A stretch of DNA of 64,000 nt from Phoronis australis (lineage: Eukaryota; Animalia; Phoronida). The DNA lies in the NCBI GenBank assembly GCA_002633005.1, contig NMRA01000122.1, positions 70,592 to 134,591 on the forward strand, read 5' to 3'. The notes under the pieces were generated by a model. It had not been told where the DNA came from, searched no databases, and was given only the letters and a program-made list of their open reading frames with translations. This document shows, piece by piece, positions 41,313 to 53,584 of the stretch; the first letter of the stretch is position 1, and every line of letters starts with the position of its first letter. The position numbers and the translations under genes are program-made.

Positions 41313-44300
41313 CTGGAAAACAAATGTTTTTATTGCATGATTTGTACAGACTTTGTAGAGTGTTGCGAGATGGAGTATGTCAATGGAACAGAATTTTGGA
41401 AATCCCTAGTGTGCATTGCGCAATGCTATCATAAAAACAAATCGTTTAGTCGTGTACTTGAGTTTGAAGCAGTACTTATATAGTACTTACAGTTTGTCTT
41501 TGAAATTTGTCAATAATTGTTATAATGATTACGTTATATGGCGAATGATTTAGAACGAAGTCCTGTCCACATACAGACTTGCCCTAGAATAACTTGCACA
41601 TGTGCAACTTGCCCCACTTTAAGCGGAGTGTCCACACACATGTACCCGATACCTTGCGCAATAAGGCGTAAGATATTACTTTGCGCATGACAATGAACAG
41701 CTCATTCGAAAAAAGACCCGAGTGTGTGTATTTGCGTTAGAAGTGCAAGTTACCCTAAAACAAGTTACAGTATCTCGATATGGTGGAGTAAGGTGTCTCG
41801 TGTGTTCAAATTGCACTAGATTTAACAGCGTCCAGAAAACCCCCACACCTATCGACAACTCACGTTCCAGGAGTAACTTGTTTTAGGTTAAATTTATGAT
41901 TTGAGGGTACTCTTTAGACCACACAATGACATAAGGAGCGAAGTAGAAACTCATTCCCAGTGGTCGTCATGTTCCTAAACCTCCACACGTCTTTACACCA
42001 GCTTCCTGTTCCAAAACAAACTCTTCGAATAAACCCTAGGCAATCGATGACACATTTTGTCTCCCATATTTAAAAAGGTCAACCCATTTTGGTTGATTCC
42101 AAATTCATTTAGTGCCTATGATAAATGACGAGAAAGCTGGTGATAAATAGTGAACCAGCTGATGATAAATTGTGAGCCAGCTGATGATAAATGATAAGCC
42201 AGCTGGTGATAAATGATGATCAGGCTGATGATAAATGGTGACCCAGCTGATGATAAATGGTGAGCCAGGTGATGATAAATAGTGAGCCAGCTGATGATAA
42301 ATGGTGAGCCAGCTGATGATAAATGGTGAGCCAGCTGATGATAAATGGTGAGCCAGCTGATGATAAATGATAAGCCAGCTGGTGATAAATGATGAGCAGG
42401 CTGATGATAAATGGTGAGCCAGCTGATGATAAATGGTGAGCCAGGTGATGATAAATGGTGAGCCAGCTGATGATAAATGGTGAGCCAGCTGGTGTTAAAT
42501 AATCATCATCCATAGCTGCACCATTCTTAGATCATTGTTCAAAGATAGGACCTTCATAAACCATCACGAAAATTATATCAAACGTTAATATGAATTCTTA
42601 TGGCCCATTTGTAATATATCATACAGCTCATAGAAATTCAAAGAATTGGGTGATACCAATTCATATAAAATCTTTTATAATAAATTATGATCAACTACAA
42701 TTGTCTGTCTGCATAAAAACGTCCATAGATGGCTTACACAGCATACTTATGATCGTGTTTATTGCTGTACAGTATTTTACATATTCATATGCATGTATTA
42801 TACATGTAGATATACATGGAGTATACATGCGCATATACAGTGAGTATACATGAATTTTCCATATACATGTATACATGTAGTACATGTACATAATGATATA
42901 GCTTGCATGTGCATGTATCTTTGAATATATTCATCAAATCATTTATTTGTCTTACTGAACGTTTTTAGTTTTGTCTATTAAATCGAATATTCTTTGTGGA
43001 TTTGCCACCCACTCGCCTTTCAAATTGAGAACACCAGATAACAGGTACACCCAGAGTGCGCGTGAGGGCGATAATGAGTACATCCCGGTCCGCAGCAACT
43101 GTGTGGCATTTTGACTGACTCGTAAACAAAGCAAACTACGACCGAACTTATCACAACCGAGGAAGAACAATGACTGAATCGATATGCTCACACAGTTAGG
43201 CTATATGAAAACAAATCTGGCCTGAACTTCTTGACTCCCTCAACGTCACTTCCGGAGTAGGGCACGAGTAATTAATTAAATTACAAAAAGCTGTAATTAA
43301 CTGAAAAATATGTCTGGGATAATCAACGAACCTCATTTTTACTAAAAATGACATAAAAAGATTGCCTCCACCTTTAACGTTTGATGCACAGTGAGCAGCG
43401 GTGGAGAATTTTGTGCACACTGACCATAAAATCATATTACCTTCTCATTTCCTCCAACACTGTTTACGTGGCGCTGATATATGAACCTTCCGATGTTTGA
43501 TAGACCTTCCCAGGAGTCGATAATTTTGCCATTTTTGGCGTCGACAATGCAAACAGGTCGTGTCACAGTTTTGGGCGACGAAATGAAATAGTTTACCTTG
43601 TAAACTAGACGATTTTTATAATGTCCATGCGTTTTGTAACCTGAAAATCGAGATTTTAGAAATTGTATTGCATTAGAGGTTAACAAGCAGGGCTAACAAG
43701 ATAATGGCCCCAATAGACACCATGCTTGTGAACTCACCTCAACAAATATTGGCTATTCTCTGGACGTCAAGACGTCCGTCCACCCTTGTCGTCTGCAACT
43801 TTGTCCCATGTTAGCTGTAGTCGTCAATGAGCACCATCCCTCCTCTAGTTGATCTGGGAGTTCCAATTCTTTCCATCGTCAAATGGTTTCGTCCAGTTTA
43901 TGGTAGTAAACAAATGTTAGCCCCAATATCTCACTAAATATCGGTTACTGGTCCCCTTTTCTGATCGTCAAACGTCGATTCCCCTTTTGGATCGTCAAGA
44001 AATTTTATCACCACTCTGAACGCCAGTAAACCCTGTTGCTCTGGTCGTCAACAAGTGTTGTCCTTGATCTGGCAATCTACAAGCCTCTTCCCTCGTTTGA
44101 TCGTCTTCATCTCCGCTCTCCTCTGTTTGTCAACAATTATCGTCCCTGCTCTATTCGTTGAAAGCCCCGTTCTTCATCTGGTCACCAACAGAATCTTATC
44201 CATAACTGGTCAGTTTTACTAGAGCTCACAAACCATGTCACAAAATTCGGTGCTCTCAAAAGTTTTGACAGCTTAAGATAGTTGTCGTGGTTCACCTTGT

Positions 44301-44845
44301 CACTATGATATAACATGAGCTAGTGGCATTAGTTGATCGCTTAACTCTAAGTGAATATTGTGCTGAACTGAATTTGTGCAACACAAAATTGTGAAACCAT
44401 CGATGCAGAAATAAAAACCTCTTATCAGCTCCATATTGTGAGTTTCATTCCTTAAAACGGATAGGAAATCGCTGTCCGTCCATTTCAAAATTGGGTCTCA
44501 AATTGATGCTTTGGGTTATCAGAACTGAGAGTTCGTTATTACCTATAAAGCCAGGCTTTCCAGGTTGACTTGTCACGGTGTGTCTTTTTTATTCGCCAAG
44601 CATGGTCTAGAGCATCAACCTACTGGCAGTTCTTTACAGTACGGAACAAGGTTAGTTTCTTCAACGGAGCGCTGAAGCTATTGCTGCTTTGAATGCACAA
44701 AGTCTGCCAAAGTCAGTGTAAACCGCTGATTTTTGTCCTTGTGCGTGCGTGTGTGAGTGTGCATGTGTGTGTGTGCGTGTGTGTGAGTGTGCGTGTGTGA
44801 GTGTGTGTGTGTACGTGCGCGTGTGTCTGTGTGTGCGTGTGTGTN

Positions 44846-44888
<43 letters not shown>

Positions 44889-47800
44889 ATGTGTTTGTAT
44901 ACATAACAGCGCAAAAGCTGACAACCGACTGTTCGAAGTTGTGTTCATCAGAGGGAAGATCAGTGACGGTACCGTTCTATAACTAATGTTTCATTTTTTT
45001 CCATTTTCGTCTACGACACACGTGCGTATTTGAAAATATGAAAGTCCGCTTTAGTTGTCAACAAATTAAGTCCGTCGTCTGGTGATAATTGAGCCACGTC
45101 CCTCTTTTGATCGTCAATATTGCAACTTGCGTTCCTCCTCAGGTTGTCCACAAGTTACATGTACGTTCCTCCAGGCTTAAATGGCAAGACACGAGCCAGT
45201 TCCACGTATTTAGCTGACTGCACAGATGCTCTGTTCAAATACACACAGATATGGGCTGGGTTCCAAGGAGCAGTTTTTGCAAGTAAAGAGCTATCACAAA
45301 GATCTTCGTTACGTGACTTTCTTCATTATATGAGAAGACCGTGGTCACAACAGGATAGAGTTTCGTAGGGGCAAGAACCTCGTTAAGGAAGCTAGTGTGA
45401 TCACGTGCTTCGCTTGCAATGCATGGCGGAGACCTCGCGAAGACTTGGCAGTTATTGCTTTCTCACAAGAAACTAGATCTACCGAACGCACGCATGTTTT
45501 CACTCCAGAATGTTTTGTGTTGCTGAACGGGCAGAGGATAGTGATTTCAGTGCCATAGGGTATTTTACACGGGGATGAACATTCGTTCTAGGCGTTCATC
45601 GTTGCACCTCTTATATTTAAACATAATAAAAACAGGCTACCCACACAAACAGCTCACTCTGTATTTATGATCATAGCTCCTCACTTATGAACACAACTCA
45701 CAAAAACGTGTCTGCACGAACAAAACACTTACTATGCGCCCAAAAAGCATGCCCCACACACAGGCTCTCGTCCAATCACAAAACATGTGAAGTCAGCAGT
45801 GTTCATAAAGTGTAAGTGAGGGGTTACATGTACGAGTACACTATACTAATCAAAATTGGTGGCTGTATAAATTAAATAGACCATACCTGGGTGAATAAAC
45901 AGCTCGATTGAAAAATCATCGACTCGCATTCGTCTGTGACCATTTTTTCGTTTACATTTACGAAGCGCCTTCATCTTGGGTACTTTTGGTCTTACATCAC
46001 CTGTAGGAATCCAACCGGTTCAATATCGAACATAATTTTATTCAACAAGAGAATCCAGCAGAAGTTTTGAAATCAGACTTTCAGATGAGTTTGAACTATT
46101 TTCAGCTTTTCATGTTCTAAAAGTTATTTTAACACTGACACTAACTAAGTTTCAGTGGCGAATTTAAGAGGGGGCAAAGGTTGTCATGGATCAGGGGGGA
46201 GGCAAATGTCTGAGAGGCAAAACCCTGGCTAATATTCTGCCCTACCCCCCCGCTCAAAATCCGGGATCCTCCTTTGTCAACAGACGTTTTCAGTTAACAT
46301 AACCCTGGTGTGTTGCGTACAGATGGTTACGCTCGATTCCGGGACTCACCTGACTTACGCAGGTTTAGACAGGTCAACCAGTTAGAGCATCTGATTGGTT
46401 TGTGAGTAGGAGTAGTCCTCCTCGGGAACCAATCAGGACCCGGTGCGTCTTGCTGAGGCAAGACACTTGCGAAAAAGGAAAGAGAAGAAGAACGAGTATG
46501 CGCGGGATTTTACTAGCCTACCCAAGCAAAATGGCGATCAATTAAGTATCATTGATGTCTGATTGATGAGTTTGGAATGTCGAAATACGGAATAAAATTC
46601 ACTGTTTTTGTGCAATACGTGAAAGTTTTTCGCCACAGTGTCTTGCGACTATGGAACGCAGCCTACTCTGGATGGTTAACCCGTTTGACCCAACATACGC
46701 CAAGTCCAACCAAAAATGCATTTGTATTCACTCATTTTCAACAAAGATCTGAAATGAACATAGCCCTTCACACACTTTATGAACGTAAAGTGTTGCATGA
46801 AACAGTCACAAATAAGGACTCAAATAAGTTGTCTAATTTTTTTACCTATTTGTGTCTTTGTTCACTCACAGATTTAATCTCTTTACTATCATTTCATCTT
46901 TATTGTGAGCTCCTTTTTAACTAATTACATTTTTAATGATATAACTAAAAACTAATCCCTGATTCAATGAAAATAGATAGGGACTTAGTCGTTGCATGAA
47001 AAGATCCCGCTAAATTTTCGATTGCATTGAGAATTAAACATACGTCGAGGTTACTCTCGATTTGTATCAAAGCCAACAGTTGACTTGGTAACGAAACTAA
47101 AACAGCATAAGAAAGGACAATCGGTGTTTTCATAAGTCCACAAATACACGGTAGATTTAGGGAACATATTTTAGCAACTATCTGGGACTGTTTCATGCAA
47201 CCAAGCATCCCCACCTTTCAAGTCCTTAGTTAAACGTCTGGCGGCGAAGCCCGCAGCGTCACCAGTGAAAGCACCCGCCTCTGTTTCGGCAACGATTGAC
47301 GATCCATAAATGGGAACATTTTTATACTTCAGTTCTAGTCGAGCCTGAAGCAACATACATATGGTTTATACCAACACTTGTGTACTTTTAACTCCTGTAT
47401 CTCCCGTTGACAAGAGCGCAAGGTGATGTAGGTGATGTAATTAGTCTTTGACAATAGTTAACTCCCGTATGTGGAGCCTGCAAAACTTGTAATAGATCAC
47501 GTGAAATGTAAAACAATTGGACATTGAGCATAATTGTAATTGGACTAATTTATTGGCGTGAGCACATTTTTGCCACTGTAGTAAACCAGCTCATTTTTTA
47601 ACCCTGCTTTCCGCTCACCAGCCAACAATGCAATTTCAAAAATGTTTTGTAAATTACGAATAATACAAACCCACAGATATGCTTTCTGACAATGCTATAA
47701 ATCAATTAGTTTGTTTGGATCAGATTCTAGTCACCTTTTTCTTTCCTCTTTTTGTCTTGAAACGAGTACGTTCAAACAACTCTTCGTCTTTTTCCATACC

Positions 47801-48132
47801 AAGTTCAAATTTAAATCGATTCCTCGTTAGGCGAACCCTCTTCCGATTTTTTTTAATTCGTTCTTGACTTGTCTCTTCGACTTTTCCCTTTCTCGCTTTG
47901 CCTTCATACAAAACTTCCATAAACTTTTTATTTGCTTTCTGTGTTTTTTTTCTTGACTTCTGCCATCTCTCTATAGATCCCTGTATGGTATCATGCAATC
48001 TTTCTTTAGATTCAAATTTGAATTTTTGCAGCCTGCCTATTTCATCCTGCTTGCCCGCGCGTACTCCATTCAGTCTCACTTTTGCTTTCGTTTTCCCCGT
48101 TATTGCAGCCACCGTGCATAAACATGACACCA
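40365..48132 (-). CDS. M4-family (LasB/vibriolysin-like) zinc metalloprotease, paralogue 2; complement join(47735-48132,47215-47344,45887-46000,43441-43640,40365-41312); first coding exon not located
   Basis: In-frame GT-AG exons give a signal tail, K/R-rich pro-segment, FTP (YKNVPIYGSSIV), PepSY (RLVYKVNYFI..RPVCIVDAKNGKIIDSWEGL) and catalytic domain with HETAH, GISESYSD, ALRD, HFSSGIYNKAF. Confidence 0.9.
42117..42502. repeat. 22-bp minisatellite (~17 units)
   Basis: Unit ATGGTGAGCCAGCTGATGATAA; a variant block recurs at 176 bp (42191 and 42367). Confidence 0.95.
43048..43373 (-). mobile_element. Left-end fragment of the Kolobok/THAP family
   Basis: Reverse complement matches the left TIR and THAP 5' region of 34028-34340; TTAA at 43374-43377. 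Confidence 0.8.
43441..43640 (-). CDS. M4 paralogue 2, PepSY exon
   Basis: ttttcag|GT TAC..RLVYKVNYFISSPKTVTRPVCIVDAKNGKIIDSWEGL..GGNEK|GTAATA. Confidence 0.9.
43743..44213. repeat. Highly diverged ~28-bp tandem array (resumes at ~45035-45155)
   Basis: Recurring core (GTCCC)..CTCTGRTCGTCAA at 25-33-bp spacing, ~17 units. Confidence 0.7.
44740..44899. repeat. (GT)n microsatellite
   Basis: Imperfect then perfect GT run, containing one N. Confidence 0.97.
45887..46000 (-). CDS. M4 paralogue 2, propeptide exon (absent from the ORF track)
   Basis: cctacag|GT DVRPKVPKMKALRKCKRKNGHRRMRVDDFSIELFIHP G|GTATGG; same ELFIHPG ending and phases as paralogue 1. Confidence 0.87.
47215..47344 (-). CDS. M4 paralogue 2, FTP-domain exon (130 nt)
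   Basis: gcttcag|ARLELKYKNVPIYGSSIVAETEAGAFTGDAAGFAARRLTKDLK G|GTGGGG; same length as in paralogue 1. Confidence 0.88.
47735..48132 (-). CDS. M4 paralogue 2, signal/pro-region exon (K/R-rich)
   Basis: ctcgtttcag|TG VSCLCTVAAITG..RFKFELGMEKDEELFERTRFKTKRGKKK|GTGACT; 398 nt open. Confidence 0.82.
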
Positions 48133-51100
48133 CTGAAACGAGAATGCAGGAAAAACGTCGTCATATTCATTGTCATAAATGTTTAATCTCTATCATTATA
48201 CATAAGCAAATTTGTCAAGTATTTCGGCCTTCGATTATGGTAAACAGACATTAATGTTTTGAGATATTTCCACTTACATGTGCGACAACCCTAAGAGGCT
48301 TGTGTATTCTAATACCACATTCACATGAACAACGAAGCCGCTAAATTGTTTCAGTGCATGGCTAAGATGCTAACGAAAACTCCTACCACACGAGCTGTCC
48401 TCGAAGGGATTATTGTCGCCAGCAGCTAGTTTGTTTCTTCACCTACCGAATCGATTTTACTGAGGCCGTAAATCAATCGTCGGTTTACGACATTGGCTAT
48501 GTTGTGTAACATTTGAATATGATTTCACATTCCAAATAATAGCTTATTTAATGTGAAAAACAAAACCCGTTGATTAAGCGCTGGGTTTTTGTAGTTTTTG
48601 GCGTTTGATAACAGGGCGCGACATCAAATTTCATGATGCGTCTTACTAAACAATAAGATGAGACTGAATGCAAATGGCAATTATAAACTCACTAAAGAAG
48701 AAACTGATTGTCTTATATCGTGGACATTAACTTAACTTATTTCACACACCTAACAACATAACACAATCGGGATAATCTCACTCGTGAATTTGGTACGCGT
48801 TCTTATGTAACGCTGTTTGAGCTAAAATAGCTGAACAACGACATCGGTGACCTCCTCATTTGTTCTTATGATTTCACGGAAATCACATTAGGCATCAAAA
48901 TAACACATCACAGTGACGTCGTAATGGTGTGGGTAAAAGCCAAAACTAGTCAGGCAGCCAAAACGTGAAAAGTCTTCTAAATATAGGTTTGCTGGCAAAG
49001 TCGTTCTAGAAACATTCAACACACATCACAACAACATAAATCTAAAACAGTCACTGGTAATTGAGGGGTTATTAAGCGAACGTTTTAAATTGGCATTATT
49101 TTGCTTCAAACTACCATGTAATAGGGCAGCTAAGTAAGCCATTCAAGGTCATTAAGTAAGCACCAATCTCATTGGTCAGTATGACCATTATCTGGCTAGC
49201 ATGGTTTACACTAGCCAATGAAAAGCAAGGTCACATCCTGTGTGTCTGCTTCCAGGTAAACCAGTTGTAATTGATGTAGTCGTTTGTTTAAATTGGCAAT
49301 TACGTAAGTCCACACGAATTATTTTATACATCTACATGTATAGGTCCTTCTAGTTCCACTTTGCAGTGCGATCAAACATACAGAAGGGCGGCAGTGCCAA
49401 TATTTATTAAAAATCATCGTGCGGGAATTGGCCAGAAAAGCTCTTTAAGCCTACTTTACAATTCGCTCAGGGCGTGAGTTCGTCCATCCGCAAGTTAGGA
49501 TTCTCAAGATTCAATACCACAGTCACCATCTGGCAGTGCTTGTTTTTGTTGAGAAGTTGTGCATTCAAAACAATGCTAAGACCCTTTGAGAAATGAAAAA
49601 ATCAAATTTGGCAACTGTTTTTGCGCCATTGGCGAGATTTGATTTGACTTCAGTGCTCATGCATATTAATAGGAGAACCTAATAAATTGTTAGAATTTTA
49701 TCCATCGCATGCAGCATTATCTCTCTGCCAGAAATTCAAGCCAGCGTGAATTGGAAGGAAAATTTAATGCAATTGATGGTAGAAAGTGCACGTTTTGACA
49801 CCAATTTCTACGGTTGGTTAGGATGCAAACTATACATAATTGCTGTCGAAAAGGATCCGTTCGCTGGCTAATCGTCTGCCTGTTTTCATCATTCTTGTCA
49901 ACCAAGTATAACAAGTATAAGCAGAGATGGGAATGTTGTTCAAATTCTTCCACACTCTTACCTATTATCGAAATTGTGAAATATTTCATCTCTGAAATAT
50001 GCACTTTCCAGAACCTGAAAGTAAACAAGCATTTCAACATTGTGAGATAATGAACCGTTAATTACATTGCAATTAGCACGTAAAGTTTAAGGGCATGTTT
50101 GTGTCTTGGTCACATGCCGAATGACTCGGATGCTCGGCTGATCTCGATTCTTCTGTTCTTATGCCTGTCGTGAAAGGGCGATTTTTCTTCGGACAGGCTG
50201 CACTGATTCTTGAAAGTGAAACCCATTTGTGACCAGTTGATGAATAGTTGTGACTGTTTTTTAATACCCGTGTTGATTACTTTGAGTCGTGTTCGTCCGT
50301 GATGACGTCGCGTTCCGCTAACATCAATGCAGTAAACTTTCGTGACATCAAAGTAAGTCCACGTCAGCTCAGCTAAGGTTGTGTAATGCCAAATTTGACT
50401 AACTTCCAAACGTCATCTCAGAAATCGCTTATCGTATTCACATAAAACTTTCTGGCAGTATGCTTCATCAATTAATATTTTTCAAAGCGCTGTTTTGAGT
50501 TGTTTTTGAAATTTTTGTTCTTTGTATGAGGGTCATCGAAATTAGGACTTTTACTATTTTCATGAAAAAATCTATACTTACATAAAACGAATACGAAATT
50601 GTATTTCTGAAAGCTGCAACATCAATTTTGAGATCACATACTGAACATTTACATGAAATAAAATTTCATCGAGTTATTAATGCTGTTGTTTTGCTAACCT
50701 TGCACCCTTCTTTTTAACCAAATTTTACTAAAAAAACATGTCCACGTGACCCAATTAAAAGCATATTAGTGAAAAATCAAAAATAAAAACTTTGCTTCTA
50801 CTTTCAGTACGCACATGCTTCTACTTTCAGTACGCACATGCTGTTACTTTTAGTTTTGAAGATATTTGGCTAAATTTGCAGACTTGTCATTAAGGTCCTA
50901 CATCACCTTAAGATTTTATGTTTGACAAATACATGTATGTTTGAGTAAAAGTCCGCATTTCAAGCGAAAAATGTGAGAGTGTTACATGTATACGAGATGA
51001 AGTTTATCATTCCACTTAATCAACTGCATGGAGTGTTGTAATAAGGCAAGACGGGTGGTAAACAAGCACCAACTGAAAGGAACCAAAATACATTTTCCAT

Positions 51101-52495
51101 CAGGTCCACCGATTTCAACAGAATTGAAAGGAATGGTTTCACTGGACGTATACTCAGAAACCTCAATACTATGTATGTTACCATCCGTTGATCTACACCA
51201 AGTTCTAGCCTATTTACATTGGAGTGACGTTTCAGGTCATGATTCTCCGCCCATCTTTAGGTGTTATGGTGTGTTTGGTTCAATGAAGGTAGTCAAAGAT
51301 TAGCACTTTTTGGAGTTGATTCACGGTGGGATTTGAACCTGGGACTTTTTGGTTACCACCGCAAACAATAGATTTTATTATCTCAACACCGTTTTAGAAG
51401 TTGTTATAGGAAAGCATGGGAAGTTGGGAGGCAGCGCCCCACTAAACAGAGACGTAGGAGGCGGGGGCGGCTGGAAAACACGCGTACCCCCTAATAATTT
51501 TGGCGGGGAGCACGCCAGTCGAGAAAAGAAAAAAAACTGTGAAACATGTAGAAGAGAGAGAAAGTTAGAGCACATTCGTCAGCTGCCAGTGCTGGATTTA
51601 CCCTATGGGGGACCTTGTTAGGACATTTTTGTGGGAGGAACAATTTTGCATACAATTTGCATTTACCGACAAAATGTTTTATGTAGAACGAATTGTTCCT
51701 GATTTTTAAATTCAAGAAAACAACTTATAGGGAATGAAAACCTATATTTCTCAAGGGACCCTTCGCTGGAAAGTATAATGAAGTCGCTGCTGTTTTCTAC
51801 TTTTTGTTTCAAATTGTATGCCATTTCATATAGATTCCAGCTATTGGAAGAGACCGCAGAAGGTATCTATGGTTAAGATTTCGCTGTTCTCTTATCCTTT
51901 TTAGGCATCACCCACGTAAGGTTCTCCAATGATGGAATTTATTGCCTCCCTTTTCTTTTTTTTGAAATGTACAATCTTTTATTTTAAAGAAGTAGATGAT
52001 GGAAGGAGGTTGGCCCGAAAATGGAATAAACTGTCACCCTTGTTCATGACTTTAATTTATGTAGCATTTCACATTACAGTATTTTGACAGCATGTCTTTC
52101 AAATTAATGAAAATTAATGAACCTGCTTTCAGACGGGGTCCTCCCTTATAGGGACGACACGGAGCAGTTGCCCCTTTGCACCATATAAATTCGACAGTGT
52201 TTAACTATTCTTGATGGGAAGTAGAAAAAAAATTAAATTGGACATGAAAACCACACGTGTTCATGCAAAGCGAACCAGCGTCAAGACATGCGGCCGAGAC
52301 AAGAAAAAATGTGGGGCAATAAAACATAAGGAAAGCAATCTTTTTCATGTAAAAATATGGTTCGTTGATTATCCTTGACATTTTTTCTGTTATTTACGGT
52401 TTTCCGCAACTTAAGTTATTTGTCATGCCCTATTCCGGAAGTGACGTTTTCGGGGTTTAGAATTTCCCGCCATTTTGTTTTCATATAGTCTGACT

Positions 52496-53584
52496 CACAG
52501 GCGCTTGGGTTTATCGCAAATGACGTCACTCAATAATATATATAAGAAAACATAAAGGTTGGACACTTAAACTTTGCCAAGCCGAGGCTCCCAACTTCAG
52601 CCGTCCAAAATCCAAATAAAATCTGCGTGCACCTCCCTCAGTCTGGTGTTGCATAAACCTTCGAAGCCTTATCTTTCCTAGATTCCATTAACTGTCTTCG
52701 TGAGTGGTGAATAGGCGAGGGAATTTCCAAAACAATCTCAAAACTCTGAATTCAAGGACCTGAAATAGTAAACATGGCGGATTTCAGTTGTGCTTCAACT
52801 TGTACGCCTGTCGTAGGTGAAACTTCGAGTTTGAGCAAGGAACCTATATTTCAAATTCAATAATTCTAATCAAAAGCTCAACTAATTGAGAATGTTAAAG
52901 TTAGTATTTTAATGATTATTTGTAACTTTATTCCACTGACGGCTCATTTTAGCCCTTAACTTAGAATTTCATTACATAAACTGGCGTATCTTGTTTCTCA
53001 TCTTGACATCACGCACTTTTTTGATTGAAGCACAACACACACTCGGCCACTGGAAACGCAGTCCGTGCAAGTATTACAATGCGCGTGGCCGACGAGTTAA
53101 CTGAATGGTTTTGGCCAAAAATAAAACCTTCATCACAGTACACAAAAACTTCGCATATCAATACAGTATCAAGATAATTTATATTTGACACAAATATGTG
53201 AGTAATTACACTCTCTGCTTCTCATGATCAAGTAGTCGAGGGATTGATGAAGAAAGCCGCGCGAAATTAGACTTTCGGATTTAGCTCGCGAGCGTCCTTC
53301 AAAAACCCAGATGTGCGAAGACCGTCTGCCATGACATCACGGAATCACGTCCTTGTGATTTTGGCATTGTTTTGTCATTTTTGTCGCCAAATCACCACTC
53401 GACCGCAATTTGAAGAGATCGAATGAAAGAAAGTATTCTAAGAGTTGTCCGATGCTAGTTTCGTGGAGTTCCATGCACATTTGAGTAGAAAGTTTTGAGG
53501 AAATAGATTTCGAGTGTCCAACCTTTATGTTTTCTTATATATATTATTGAGTGACGTCATTTGCGATAAACCCAAGCGCCTGTG
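52496..53584. mobile_element. Young MITE with perfect 72-bp TIRs and 8-bp TSD (P-element-like termini)
   Basis: TIR CACAGGCGCTTGGGTTTATCGCAAATGACGTCAC..GGACACT; TSD GTCTGACT (52488-52495 and 53585-53592); the empty site is visible in the sister Kolobok copy at ~34202. Confidence 0.92.

Noticed and set aside
42220-42513. 97-aa repetitive ORF
   Set aside because: Translation of a 22-bp minisatellite.
43743-44213. CRISPR array or repetitive coding exon
   Set aside because: Eukaryotic intron, no cas genes, repeats too short and degenerate, and unit lengths break the reading frame.
44661-44986. HT- and CV-repeat ORFs
   Set aside because: Translations of the (GT)n microsatellite.
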